Shown here: positions 12,801-26,100 of the stretch, one piece after another
How positions within the stretch are numbered: position 1 is the first letter of the stretch
Layout: the number at the start of each line of letters is the position of its first letter
DNA from: Eledone cirrhosa
Lineage: Eukaryota
Direction of reading: 5' to 3'
Assembly (NCBI GenBank): GCA_964016885.1
Contig: OZ024743.1
Span: 99,944,001 to 100,008,000, forward strand
Length of the DNA: 64,000 bases
Notes under the pieces: model-generated
Told to the model about the DNA's origin: nothing
Seen by the model: the letters and a program-made list of their open reading frames with translations, nothing else
The model's database searches: none
Made by a program: the position numbers and the translations under genes

Positions 12801-15800
12801 ATAGCAGCTGAGTTTGGAAAGATAGCACTATCTTCAAGTTACCTTCTGTATAGCAGCTGAGTTTGGAAAGATAGCACTATCTTCAAGTTAACTTCCGTAT
12901 AGCAGCTGACTTTGGGAAGATAGCACTATCTTCAAGTTAACTTCTGTATAGCAGCTGACTTTGGGAAGATAGCACTATCTTCAAGTTAACTTCTGTATAG
13001 CAGCTGAGTTTGGAAAGATAGCACTATCTTCAAGTTAACTTCTGTATAGCAGTTGACTTTGGGAAGATAGCACTATCTTCAAGTTAACTTCTGTATAGCA
13101 GCTGACTTTGGAAAGATAGCACTATCTTCAAGTTAACTTCTGTATAGCAGCTGACTTTGGAAAGATAGCACTATCTTCAAGTTAACTTCTGTATAGCAGC
13201 TGACTTTGGAAAGATAGCACTATCTTCAAGTTAATTTCTGTATAGCAGCTGAGTTTAGGAAGATAGCACTATCTTCAAGTTAACTTCTGTATAGCAGCTG
13301 ACTTTGGAAAGATAGCACTATCTTCAAGTTAACTTCTGTATAGCAGCTGACTTTGGAAAGATAGCACTATCTTCAAGTTAATTTCTGTATAGCAGCTGAG
13401 TTTGGAAAGATAGCACTATCTTCAAGTTAACTTCTGTATAGCAGCTGACTTTGGGAAGATAGCACTATCTTCAAGTTAACTGCTGTATAGCAGCTGACTT
13501 TGGGAAGATAGCACTATCTTCAAGTTAACTTCTGTATAGCAGCTGACTTTGGAAAGATAGCACTATCTTCAAGTTAACTGCTGTATAGCAGCTGACTTTG
13601 GGAAGATAGCACTATCTTCAAGTTAACTTCTGTATAGCAGCTGAGTTTGGAAAGATAGCACTATCTTCAAGTTAACTTCTGTATAGCAGCTGACTTTGGA
13701 AAGATAGCACTATCTTCAAGTTAACTTCTGTATAGCAGCTGACTTTGGAAAGATAGCACTATCTTCAAGTTAACTTCTGTATAGCAGCTGACTTTGGGAA
13801 GATAGCACTATCTTCAAGCTAACTTCTGTATAGCAGCTGACTTTGGGAAGATAGCACTATCTTCAAGTTAACTTCTGTATAGCAGCTGACTTTGGGAAGA
13901 TAGCACTATCTTCAAGTTAACTTCTGTATAGCAGCTGACTTTGGGAAGATAGCACTATCTTCAAGTTAACTTCTGTATAGCAGCTGAGTTTGGAAAGATA
14001 GCACTATCTTCAAGTTACCTTCTGTATAGCAGCTGACTTTGGAAAGAAAGCACTATCTTCGAGTTAACTTCTGTATAGCAGCTGACTTTGGGAAGATAGC
14101 ACTATCTTCAAGTTAACTTCTGTATAGCAGTTGACTTTGGGAAGATAGCACTATCTTCAAGTTAACTTCTGTATAGCAGCTGAGTTTGGAAAGATAGCAC
14201 TATCTTCAAGTTACCTTCTGTATAGCAGCTGACTTTGGAAAGATAGCACTATCTTCAAGTTAATTTCTGTATAGCAGCTGAGTTTGGAAAGATAGCACTA
14301 TCTTCAAGTTAACTTCTGTATAGCAGCTGACTTTGGGAAGATAGCACTATCTTCAAGTTAACTGCTGTATAGCAGCTGACTTTGGGAAGATAGCACTATC
14401 TTCAAGTTAACTTCTGTATAGCAGCTGACTTTGGAAATATAGCACTATCTTCAAGCTAACTTCTGTATAGCAGCTGACTTTGGGAAGATAGCACTATCTT
14501 CAAGTTAACTTCTGTATAGCAGCTGACTTTGGGAAGATAGCACTATCTTCAAGTTAACTTCTGTATAGCAGCTGACTTTGGAAAGATAGCACTATCTTCA
14601 AGTTAACTTCTGTATAGCAGCTGACTTTGGGAAGATAGCACTATCTTCACGTTAACTTCTGTATAGCAGCTGACTTTGGGAAGATAGCACTATCTTCAAG
14701 TTAACTTCTGTATAGCAGCTGACTTTGGGAAGATAGCACTATCTTCAAGTTAACTTCTGTATAGCAGCTGAGTTTGGAAAGATAGCACTATCTTCAAGTT
14801 ACCTTCTGTATAGCAGCTGAGTTTGGAAAGATAGCACTATCTTCAAGTTAACTTCCGTATAGCAGCTGACTTTGGGAAGATAGCACTATCTTCAAGTTAA
14901 CTTCTGTATAGCAGCTGACTTTGGGAAGATAGCACTATCTTCAAGTTAACTTCTGTATAGCAGCTGAGTTTGGAAAGATAGCACTATCTTCAAGTTAACT
15001 TCTGTATAGCAGTTGACTTTGGGAAGATAGCACTATCTTCAAGTTAACTTCTGTATAGCAGCTGACTTTGGAAAGATAGCACTATCTTCAAGTTAACTTC
15101 TGTATAGCAGCTGACTTTGGAAAGATAGCACTATCTTCAAGTTAACTTCTGTATAGCAGCTGACTTTGGAAAGATAGCACTATCTTCAAGTTAATTTCTG
15201 TATAGCAGCTGAGTTTAGGAAGATAGCACTATCTTCAAGTTAACTTCTGTATAGCAGCTGACTTTGGAAAGATAGCACTATCTTCAAGTTAACTTCTGTA
15301 TAGCAGCTGACTTTGGAAAGATAGCACTATCTTCAAGTTAATTTCTGTATAGCAGCTGAGTTTGGAAAGATAGCACTATCTTCAAGTTAACTTCTGTATA
15401 GCAGCTGACTTTGGGAAGATAGCACTATCTTCAAGTTAACTGCTGTATAGCAGCTGACTTTGGGAAGATAGCACTATCTTCAAGTTAACTTCTGTATAGC
15501 AGCTGACTTTGGAAAGATAGCCCTATCATCAAGTTAACTGCTGTATAGCAGCTGACTTTGGGAAGATAGCACTATCTTCAAGTTAACTTCTGTATAGCAG
15601 CTGAGTTTGGAAAGATAGCACTATCTTCAAGTTAACTTCTGTATAGCAGCTGACTTTGGAAAGATAGCACTATCTTCAAGTTAACTTCTGTATAGCAGCT
15701 GACTTTGGAAAGATAGCACTATCTTCAAGTTAACTTCTGTATAGCAGCTGACTTTGGGAAGATAGCACTATCTTCAAGCTAACTTCTGTATAGCAGCTGA

Positions 15801-17102
15801 CTTTGGGAAGATAGCACTATCTTCAAGTTAACTTCTTTATAGCAGCTGACTTTGGAAAGATAGCACTATCTTCAAGTTAACTTCTGTATAGCAGCTGACT
15901 TTGGGAAGATAGCACTATCTTCAAGTTAACTTCTGTATAGCAGCTGACTTTGGGAAGATAGCACTATCTTCAAGTTAACTTCTGTATAGCAGCTGACTTT
16001 GGGAAGATAGCACTATCTTCAAGTTAACTTCTGTATGGCAGCTGAGTTTGGAAAGATAGCACTATCTTCAAGTTACCTTCTGTATAGCAGCTGACTTTGG
16101 AAAGATAGCACTATCTTCAAGTTAATTTCTGTATAGCAGCTGAGTTTGGAAAGATAGCACTATCTTCAAGTTAACTTCTGTATAGCAGCTGACTTTGGGA
16201 AGATAGCACTATCTTCAAGTTAACTTCTGTATAGCAGCTGACTTTGGAAATATAGCACTATCTTCAAGCTAACTTCTGTATAGCAGCTGACTTTGGGAAG
16301 ATAGCACTATCTTCAAGTTAACTTCTGTATAGCAGCTGACTTTGGGAAGATAGCACTATCTTCAAGTTAACTTCTGTATAGCAGCTGAGTTTGGAAAGAT
16401 AGCACTATCTTCAAGTTACCTTCTGTATAGCAGCTGAGTTTGGAAAGATAGCACTATCTTCAAGTTAACTTCTGTATAGCAGCTGACTTTGGGAAGATAG
16501 CACTATCTTCAAGTTAACTTCTGTATAGCAGCTGACTTTGGGAAGATAGCACTATCTTCAAGTTAACTTCTGTATAGCAGCTGAGTTTGGAAAGATAGCA
16601 CTATCTTCAAGTTAACTTCTGTATAGCAGTTGACTTTGGGAAGATAGCACTATCTTCAAGTTAACTTCTGTATAGTAGCTGACTTTGGAAAGATAGCACT
16701 ATCTTCAAGTTAACTTCTGTATAGCAGCTGAGTTTGGAAAGATAGCACTATCTTCAAGTTAACTTCTGTATAGCAGCTGACTTTGGAAAGATAGCACTAT
16801 CTTCAAGTTAATTTCTGTATAGCAGCTGAGTTTGGGAAGATAGCACTATCTTCAAGTTAACTTCTGTATAGCAGCTGACTTTGGGAAGATAGCACTATCT
16901 TCAAGTTAACTGCTGTATAGCAGCTGACTTTGGGAAGATAGCACTATCTTCAAGTTAACTTCTGTATAGCAGCTGAGTTTGGAAAGATAGCACTATCTTC
17001 AAGTTAACTTCTCTATAGCAGCTGACTTTGGGAAGATAGCACTATCTTCAAGTTAACTTCTGTATAGCAACTGACTTTGGAAAGATAGCACTATCTTTAA
17101 GC
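6865..17102. repeat. 49-bp satellite, about 209 copies (cttctgtatagcagctgactttgggaagatagcactatcttcaagttaa)
   Basis: Strict 49-bp period; no ORF of 60 aa or more; more divergent units at the edges. Confidence 0.98.
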
Positions 17103-17319
17103 TATTGATAGGTTTCATAACCAAATTGGTAGAACTATATTTAGATGTCTAAGATCTACTCCCAAGATAGCTATTTTTCACAAAGAAAGATTAACCCCTA
17201 CTAGTTGATAGAAGAGACTAGGAAATGTAAACTGCTAACTGATCAGTTTAAATACAAAAGAAAACAGCATGGTATTTGGCTTCCTCCATGGTAGAATAAT
17301 TGAAATCACTTAAAATAAT

Positions 17320-17505
17320 TGTTTCTACTTTTGGCACAAGGCCAGCTATTACCCAGTGCATTACTGTTACTTTATTTTATCGACCCCGTAAGGATGAAGG
17401 GCAAAGTTAACCTCGGCGGGATTTGAACTCAGATCATAAAGGGACGTAACTCTATGCTTCAAAGCATGGTGTCCGACTCTCTACTGAATCTGCAAATCCA
17501 CCACC
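17320..17505 (-). mobile_element. SINE family 1, full-length copy
   Basis: Head ggtggtggatttgcag...gagttcaaatccc plus central motif; 12-bp TSD acttaaaataat at 17308-17319 and 17534-17545. Confidence 0.9.
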
Positions 17506-17532
17506 CTAACCCTAATCCTAACCCTAACCCTA
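17504..17532 (-). repeat. Interstitial telomeric repeat (TTAGGG) x about 5
   Basis: ccctaaccctaatcctaaccctaacccta. Confidence 0.85.
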
Positions 17533-18068
17533 TACTTAAAATAATGATTAAAAACTCAAAAGAGGGAGCCAAATAATTCCATAACATTATCACACAATCA
17601 ATCAGTTTTAACAACTTTATCAGTTATACAGGTGGGGTGCACTCAAGAGAGTTGGGTAGGAGCTATAGGGTCTTTCAAAATTATAAAACAGGTAGGAGCT
17701 TCAGATTACATCAGGATTTCACAATGTTACAGAGTGATGGGGAATTACATTATCCATAGATTCAACTAAAGAAATGCTATGGGAAGAAGTATTTGTATTT
17801 ACTGATAGTTTATTGAACCTAGAACTGTTTCAATGAAGAAAAAGAGGTCAGGTTAGAGATATTACTAGTGCTCTGTTAAGAATAGATAACTCTCAGAGAA
17901 TAATGGACAATGATTGGGATAGCGGGCCATACAGATATTAGAGGAAATAGGACGGATTAGCAGAGGGGGGGGGGAATAGAAAGGGAGATAACAGATATAG
18001 ACTACATCCCAAATATATGACAGGTGATATCATTTAGCAAATATATAATTAGTCAAGGGTGGGGAAAA

Positions 18069-18260
18069 TGATGACGATGATGATGATGATGATGATGGCG
18101 ATGATGGCGATGATGATGACTGTGATGATGGTGATGATCTTGACTGTGATGGTGATGATGGTGGGGATGTTGATGACTGTGATGATGAGAGAGATGATGG
18201 TGATGATGGTGATGATGATGATGAGGATGGTGATGATGATGATGATGGTGATGTGGATGG

Positions 18261-18291
<31 letters not shown>

Positions 18292-18313
18292 GATGGTGAT
18301 GAGGATGGTGATG

Positions 18314-18345
<32 letters not shown>

Positions 18346-18805
18346 GATGATGATGATGGTGATGGTGATGGTGATGATGGTGATGATGATGGTGATGATG
18401 ATGATAGTGATGATGATGGTGATGATGGTGATGATGATGATGGTGGTGATGGTGGTGGTGATGGTGATGGTGATGATGGTGATGATGGTGGTGATGGTGG
18501 TGATGGTGATGATGATAATGATGGTAATGATGGTGATGATGGTGATGGTGATGATGGTGGTGATGGTGATGATGATAATGATGGTGATGGTGATGATGGT
18601 GATGGTGATGGTGATGATGGTGGTGATGGTGATGATGGTGATGATGATAATGATGGTAATGATGGTGATGATGGTGATGGTGGTGATGATGGTGGTGATG
18701 GTGATGGAGATGGTGATGATGGTGATGGTGATGGTGATGATGGTGATGATGGTGATGATGGTGTTGATGATGGTGATTATAATGATGGTGATGATGATGT
18801 TGATG
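18069..18805. repeat. (GAT/GGT)n trinucleotide microsatellite
   Basis: Accounts for the poly-H, poly-M, poly-D and poly-I ORFs. Confidence 0.97.
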
Positions 18806-19024
18806 ACTATGAAAGTCAACATCATCAACACACACTTGAGAACCTATCCTCTTACCTATGAGTCATGTGCTATGGCTAAAATCTATATTGATTGTATGGT
18901 GACTAAAAAGACAGAAAAAATTAGCTTTAACACAAACCATGTTCTCCCATCTTACATATTCTTAGGTAACTGTATTAGAATGTTAATAAGATAAACTTTA
19001 ATTAACAAATAAGGGAGCAAAATA

Positions 19025-19290
19025 CTTCTTAAGTCAACCAGTTGTTTACACTTTTAGCTACAGGCTTAAAATCTTCTAAAAGATGGTTAGAGTGTCAGGG
19101 TCTCCTTAGTATACTGGTTAACACACTCACATGGCATCTGAGAGATGCAGGGTTTGAGTCCTTGCAAACACTTCTGTACACTTTTTTCTGTCTCCAAAGA
19201 TCATCATCATCGCTTAATGTCCATCTTCCATGCTAGTATGGGTAGGATATTTTACTCTATCTTCTCAATTATTAATAGTCATCAACTACT
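19025..19290 (+). mobile_element. Dispersed repeat with a tRNA-like segment (relatives at about 19540-19680 and 46670-46850), interrupted by a short RTE-tail fragment at about 19200-19250
   Basis: cttcttaagtcaaccagttgtttaca is shared with 46670; degenerate A and B boxes (tggttaa..ggtttgagtcc). Confidence 0.55.
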
Positions 19291-20127
19291 ATTATAGTCA
19301 TTTGCATTGGGATGACTCCATGTCAAATCTAAAATTTACTTTTAATTTTTATAATTTAATAATTTTATTGTTTATTTGTATCTGAGGCACGATGTTAACC
19401 ATTTCTAGTGGAAGAGCTGCAGTACAATCAACAACTACCAATATATTATTGATACTCCTTGTGTTCTCTATATGCATAGAATATTGTTGGTACTAAAAAT
19501 AATCTTTTATAATCTATTCATATACACAAAGACCCCTAAACATAATGGTTAATACATTCACCTGGCATCCCAAAAATGAAGGTTTTGATTCCTTGCAGGT
19601 GCCTCTGTTCTCATTTTTCCGTCTTTAGGAGCATTTTATAGGATTTTCTCAACTATTATTTATAGTGATCAACCATGTTGTTAGAATGTCTAAAGAAAGA
19701 ATCGCTGAACAAAGCCAACTGGCAGTTAGACCATGTGCAAGATAGATGGATAACATCCATGAGCTCAGTTGGTCTCAGGGGTCCAACTAGATCAATTGGA
19801 GATGGTTGCTTCTGATAGCATCCTTTGGAAAGCATGACTGATGACCTTTAGCCACACATTGATCCCAAGAAGAAGAAGACTTATTATAGTTATGCAGACA
19901 TCAAATCCAAATTGTAAGCTATCAAGGTTTGTAAGGCATCTTATTACCATTTAAATCATATTTACTTTTCTAACTATTCATAATTCCACCACTTCTCTAG
20001 TGGTGATAAGTAATACCTCTCTGCCTTCTCAGCTAAATAAATAACCAATTTTTCATACATTCCCATCCTAAAATTTCACAGCCTAGCAACTATCTTTGAA
20101 GACTTTACAGCTTTCATCAATTTCATA

Positions 20128-23100
20128 CTGATGTCCATCAGCCATCTCACCTGTCTGATCTCCACCAGTCAGCTCACCTCTCTGATCCCCACGAGCCATC
20201 TCACCTGTCTGATCTCCACAAGCCATCTAACCTGCCTGATGCCCACCAGCCATCTCACCTGTCTGATCCCCACCAGCCATCTCACCTGTCTGATCCCCAC
20301 CAGCCATCTCACCTGTCTGATCCCCACCAGCCATCTCACCTGTCTAATCTGCACCAGTGATCTCACCTGTCTGATCTCCAACAGCCATCTCACATTTCTG
20401 ATCCCCACCAGCCCTCTCATGTGTCTAATCTACACCAGCCATCTCACCTGTTTGATCCGCACCAGCCATCTCACCTGTTTGATCCCCACCTGTCATCTCA
20501 CCTGTCTGAACCCCACCAGCCATCTCACCTGTCTCATCCCACTAGCCATCACACCTGTCTGATCTCCACCAGTCATCTCACCTGTCTGATCCCCACCAGC
20601 CATCTCACCTGTCTGATCCCCACCAGTGATATCACCTGTCAGATCCCCACCAGCCATCTCACCTGTCTAATCTACATCAGCCATCTCACCTGTCTGATCA
20701 CCACCAGCCATCTCACCTGTCTGATCTCTACCAGCCATCTAACCTGTCTGATTTCCACCAGACATCCCACCTGTCTAATCTACACCAGTCATCTCGCCTG
20801 TCTGATCCTCACCAGCCATCTCACCTGTCTGAACCTCACCTGCCATCTCACCAGTCTGATCCTCACCAACCATCTCACGTGTCTGTTCTCCACCAGCCAT
20901 CACACCTGTCTGAACTCCACCAGCCATCTCACCTGTCAGTTTCCCACCAGCCATCTCACCTGTCTGATCCCCATCAGCCATCTCACCTGTCTAATCTACA
21001 CCAGCCATCTCACCTGTTTGATCCCACCAGTCATCTCACCTGTCTGATCCTTACCAGCCATCTCACCTGTCTGATCCCCACCAGCTATCTCACCTGTTTG
21101 AACTCTACCAGCCATCTCACCTGTCTCATCCCCACCAGCCATCTCACCTGTCTCATCTCCACCAGCCATCTCACCTGTCTCATCCCCACCAACCATCTCA
21201 CCTGTCTGACCCCTACCAGCCCTCTCACCTGTCTGATCTCCACCAGCCATCTCACCTGTCTAATCTCCACAAGTCATCTCACCTGTCTGATCCCCACCAG
21301 TCATCTCACCTGTCTGATCAACACCAGCCATATCACCTGTCTGATTTCCACCAGTCATCTCACCTGTCTGATCTCCACCAGCCATATCACCTGTCTCATC
21401 CCCACCAGCCATCTCACCTGTCTGATCCCCACCAGCCATGACACCAGTCTAATCTACACCAGTCATCTCACCTGCCTGATCTCCACCAGTCATCTCAACT
21501 GTCTGATCCCCACCAGCCATCTCACCTGTCTAATCTCCACAAGTCATCTCACCTGTCTGATCCCCACAAGTCATCTCACCTGTCTGATCAACACCAGCCA
21601 TATCACCTGTCTAATCTCCACCAGTCATCTCACCTGTCTGATCTCCACCAGTCATCTCACCTGTCTGATCCCCACCAGCCATCTCACCTGTCTGATCCCC
21701 ACCAGCCATGACACCAGTCTAATCTACACCAGTCATCTCACCTGCCTGATCTCCACCAGTCATCTCAACTGTCTGATCCCCACCAGCCATCTCACCTGTC
21801 TAATCTCCACAAGTCATCTCACCTGTCTGATCCCCACAAGTCATCTCACCTGTCTGATCAACACCAGCCATATCACCTGTCTAATCTCCACCAGTCATCT
21901 CACCTGTCTGATCTCCACCAGTCATCTCACCTGTCTGATCCCCACCAGCCATCTCACCTGTCTCATCCCCACCAGCCATCTCACCTGTCTGATCCCCACC
22001 AGCCATCTCACCTGTCTGATCCCCACCAGTCATCTAACCTGTCTGATCTCAACCAGCCATCTCACCTGTCTGATCCCCACCAGCCATCTCAGCTGTCTGA
22101 TCCCCACCAACCATTTCACCTGTCTGATCCACACCAATCATCACACCTGTCTGATCTCCACCAACCATCTCACCTGTCTGATCCCCACCAGCCATCTCAC
22201 CTGTCTGATCCCCACCAGCCATCTCACCTGTCTGATCCCCACCAGTCATCTAACCTGTCTGAGCTCAACCAGCCATCTCACCTGTCTGATCCACACCAAC
22301 CATCACACCGGTGTGATCTCCACCAGCTATCTCACCTGTCTAATCCCCACCAGTCATCTCACCTGTCTAATCTACAATCAGCCATCTCACCTGTTTGATC
22401 CCCACCAGCCATATCACCTGTCTGATCCCCACCAACCATGTAAACTGTCTGATCCCCACCAGCCATGACACCAGTCTAATCTACACCAGTCATCTCACCT
22501 GCCTGATCTCCACCAGCCATCTCACCTGTCTGATCTCCACCAGCCATATCACCTGTCTCATCCCCACCAGCCATCTCACCTGTCTGATCCCCACCAGCCA
22601 TGACACCAGTCTAATCTACACCAGTCATCTCACCTGCCTGATCTCCACCAGTCATCTCAACTGTCTGATCCCCACCAGCCATCTCACCTGTCTAATCTCC
22701 ACAAGTCATCTCACCTGTCTGATCTCCACCAGTCATCTCACCTGTCTGATCCCCACCAGCCATCTCACCTGTCTGATCTCCACCAGTCATCTCACCTGTC
22801 TGATCCCCACCAGCCATCTCACCTGTCTGATCTCCAACAGCCATCTCACCTGTCTCATCCCCACCAGCCATCTCACCTGTCTGATCCCCACCAGCCATCT
22901 CACCTGTCTGATCCCCACCAGTCATCTAACCTGTCTGATCTCAACCAGCCATCTCACCTGTCTGATCCCCACCAGCCATCTCAGCTGTCTGATCCCCACC
23001 AACCATTTCACCTGTCTGATCCACACCAATCATCACACCTGTCTGATCTCCACCAACCATCTCACCTGTCTGATCCCCACCAGCCATCTCACCTGTCTGA

Positions 23101-26100
23101 TCCCCACCAGCCATCTCACCTGTCTGATCCCCACCAGTCATCTAACCTGTCTGAGCTCAACCAGCCATCTCACCTGTCTGATCCACCCCAACCATCACAC
23201 CGGTGTGATCTCCACCAGCTATCTCACCTGTCTAATCCCCACCAGTCATCTCACCTGTCTAATCTACAATCAGCCATCTCACCTGTTTGATCCCCACCAG
23301 CCATATCACCTGTCTGATCCCCACCAACCATGTAAACTGTCTGATCCCCACCAGCCATGACACCAGTCTAATCTACACCAGTCATCTAACCTGCCTGATC
23401 TCCACCAGCCATCTCACCTGTCTGATCTCCACCAGCCATCTCACCTGTCTCATCCCCACCAGCCATCTCACCTGTCTGATCCCCACCAGCCATGACACCA
23501 GTCTAATCTACACCAGTCATCTCACCTGCCTGATCTCCACCAGCCATATCACCTGTCTCATCCCCACCAGCCATCTCACCTGTCTGATCCCCACCAGCCA
23601 TGACACCAGTCTAATCTACACCAGTCATCTCACCTGCCTGATCTCCACCAGTCATCTCACCTGTCTGATCCCCACCAGTCATCTCACCTGCCTGATCTCC
23701 ACCAGCCATCTCACCTGTCTGATCCCCACCAGCCATGACACCAGTCATCTCACCTGCCTGATCTTCACCAGCCATCTCACCTGTCTAAGCCCTACCGGCC
23801 ATCTCACCTGTCTGATCCCCACCAGCCGTCTCACCTGTCTGATCTCCACCAGCTATCTCACCTGTCTCATCCCCACCAGTCATCTCACCTGTCTGATCTC
23901 CACCAGTCATCTCACCTTTCTGATCCTCACCAGCCATATCACCTGTCTGAGCCTCACCAGCCATTCTCACCTGTCTAATCTCCACCAGTCATCTCATCTG
24001 TCTGATCCCCACCAGCCATCTCACCTATCTGATCTACACCAGCCATGTCACCTGTCTGAACCCCACCAACCATCTCACCTGTCTCATCCCCACCAGCCAT
24101 CTCACCTGTCTGATTTTCACCAGCCATCACACCTGTCTGATCTCCACCAGTCATCTCACCTCTCTCATCTCCACCAGTCATCTCACCTGTCAGATCCCCA
24201 CCAGCCATCACACCTGTCTGATCTCCACCAGTCATCTCACCTTTCTGATCTCCACCAGCCATCTCACCTGTCTCATCCCCACCAGCCATCTCACCTGTCT
24301 CATCCCCACCAGCCATCTCACCTGTCTCATCCCACCAGCCATCTCACCTGTCTGATCTCCACCAGCCATCTCACCTGTCTCAACCCCACCAGCCATCTCA
24401 CCTGTCTCAACCCCACCAGCCATCTCACCTGTCTCAACCCCACCAGCCATCTCACCTGTCTGATCCCCTCCATCCATCTCACCTGTCTGATCCACACCAG
24501 CCATCTCACCTATCTGATCTACACCAGCCATCTCACCTGTCTGAACCCCACCAACCATCTCACCTGTCTCATCCCCACCAGCCATCTCACCTGTCTGATC
24601 TCCACCAGCCAGCTCACCTGTCTGATCTCAACCAGTCATCTCACCTGTCTGATCCCCACCAGCCATCTCACCTGTCTGATCTCCACCAGCCATCTCACCT
24701 GTCACATCCCCACCAGTCATCTCACCTGTCTAAGCCCTACCAGCCGTCTCACCTGTCTGATCTCCACCAGCTATCTCACCTGTCTCATCCCCACCAGTCA
24801 TCTCACCTGTCTGATCCCCTCCAGCCATCTCACCTATCTCATCCCCACCAGTCATCTCACCTGTCTGATCTCCACCAGCCTTCTCACCTGTCTAATCTCC
24901 ACAAGTCATCTCACCTGTCTGATCCCCACCAGTCATCTCACCTGTCTGATCCCACCAGCCATCTCACCTGTCTGATCTCCACCAGTCATCTCACCTGTCT
25001 AATCTCCACCAGTCATCTCACCTGTCTAATCTACACCAGTCATCTCACCTGTCTGATCTCCACCAACCATCTCACCTGTCTGATCCCCACCAGCCATCTC
25101 ACCTGTCTGATGCCCACCAGCCATCTCACCTGTCTGATCCCCACCAGTCATCTAACCTGTCTGAGCTCAACCAGCCATCTCACCTGTCTGATCCACACCA
25201 ACCATCACACCGGTGTGATCTCCACCAGCTATCTCACCTGTCTAATCCCCACCAGTCATCTCACCTGTCTAATCTACAATCAGCCATCTCACCTGTTTGA
25301 TCCCCACCAGCCATATCACCTGTCTGATCCCCACCAACCATGTAAACTGTCTGATCCCCACCAGCCATGACACCAGTCTAATCTACACCAGTCATCTCAC
25401 CTGCCTGATCTCCACCAGCCATCTCACCTGTCTGATCTCCACCAGCCATATCACCTGTCTCATCCCCACCAGCCATCTCACCTGTCTGATCCCCACCAGC
25501 CATGACACCAGTCTAATCTACACCAGTCATCTCACCTGCCTGATCTCCACCAGTCATCTCAACTGTCTGATCCCCACCAGCCATCTCACCTGTCTAATCT
25601 CCACAAGTCATCTCACCTGTCTGATCCCCACAAGTCATCTCACTTGTCTGATCAACACCAGCCATATCACCTGTCTGATCTCCACCAGTCATCTCACCTG
25701 TCTGATCTCCACCAGTCATCTCACCTGTCTGATCCCCACCAGCCATCTCACCTGTCTGATCTCCAACAGCCATCTCACCTGTCTCATCCCCACCAGCCAT
25801 CTCACCTGTCTCATCCCCACCAGCCATCTCACCTGTCTGATCCCCACCAGTCATCTAACCTGTCTGATCTCAACCAGCCATCTCACCTGTCTGATCCCCA
25901 CCAGCCATCTCAGCTGTCTGATCCCCACCAACCATTTCACCTGTCTGATCCACACCAATCATCACACCTGTCTGATCTCCACCAACCATCTCACCTGTCT
26001 GATCCCCACCAGCCATCTCACCTGTCTGATCCCCACCAGCCATCTCACCTGTCTGATCCCCACCAGTCATCTAACCTGTCTGAGCTCAACCAGCCATCTC

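Noticed and set aside
6865-17102. CRISPR array suggested by the palindromic repeat
   Set aside because: No unique spacers, no cas genes, and a eukaryotic context
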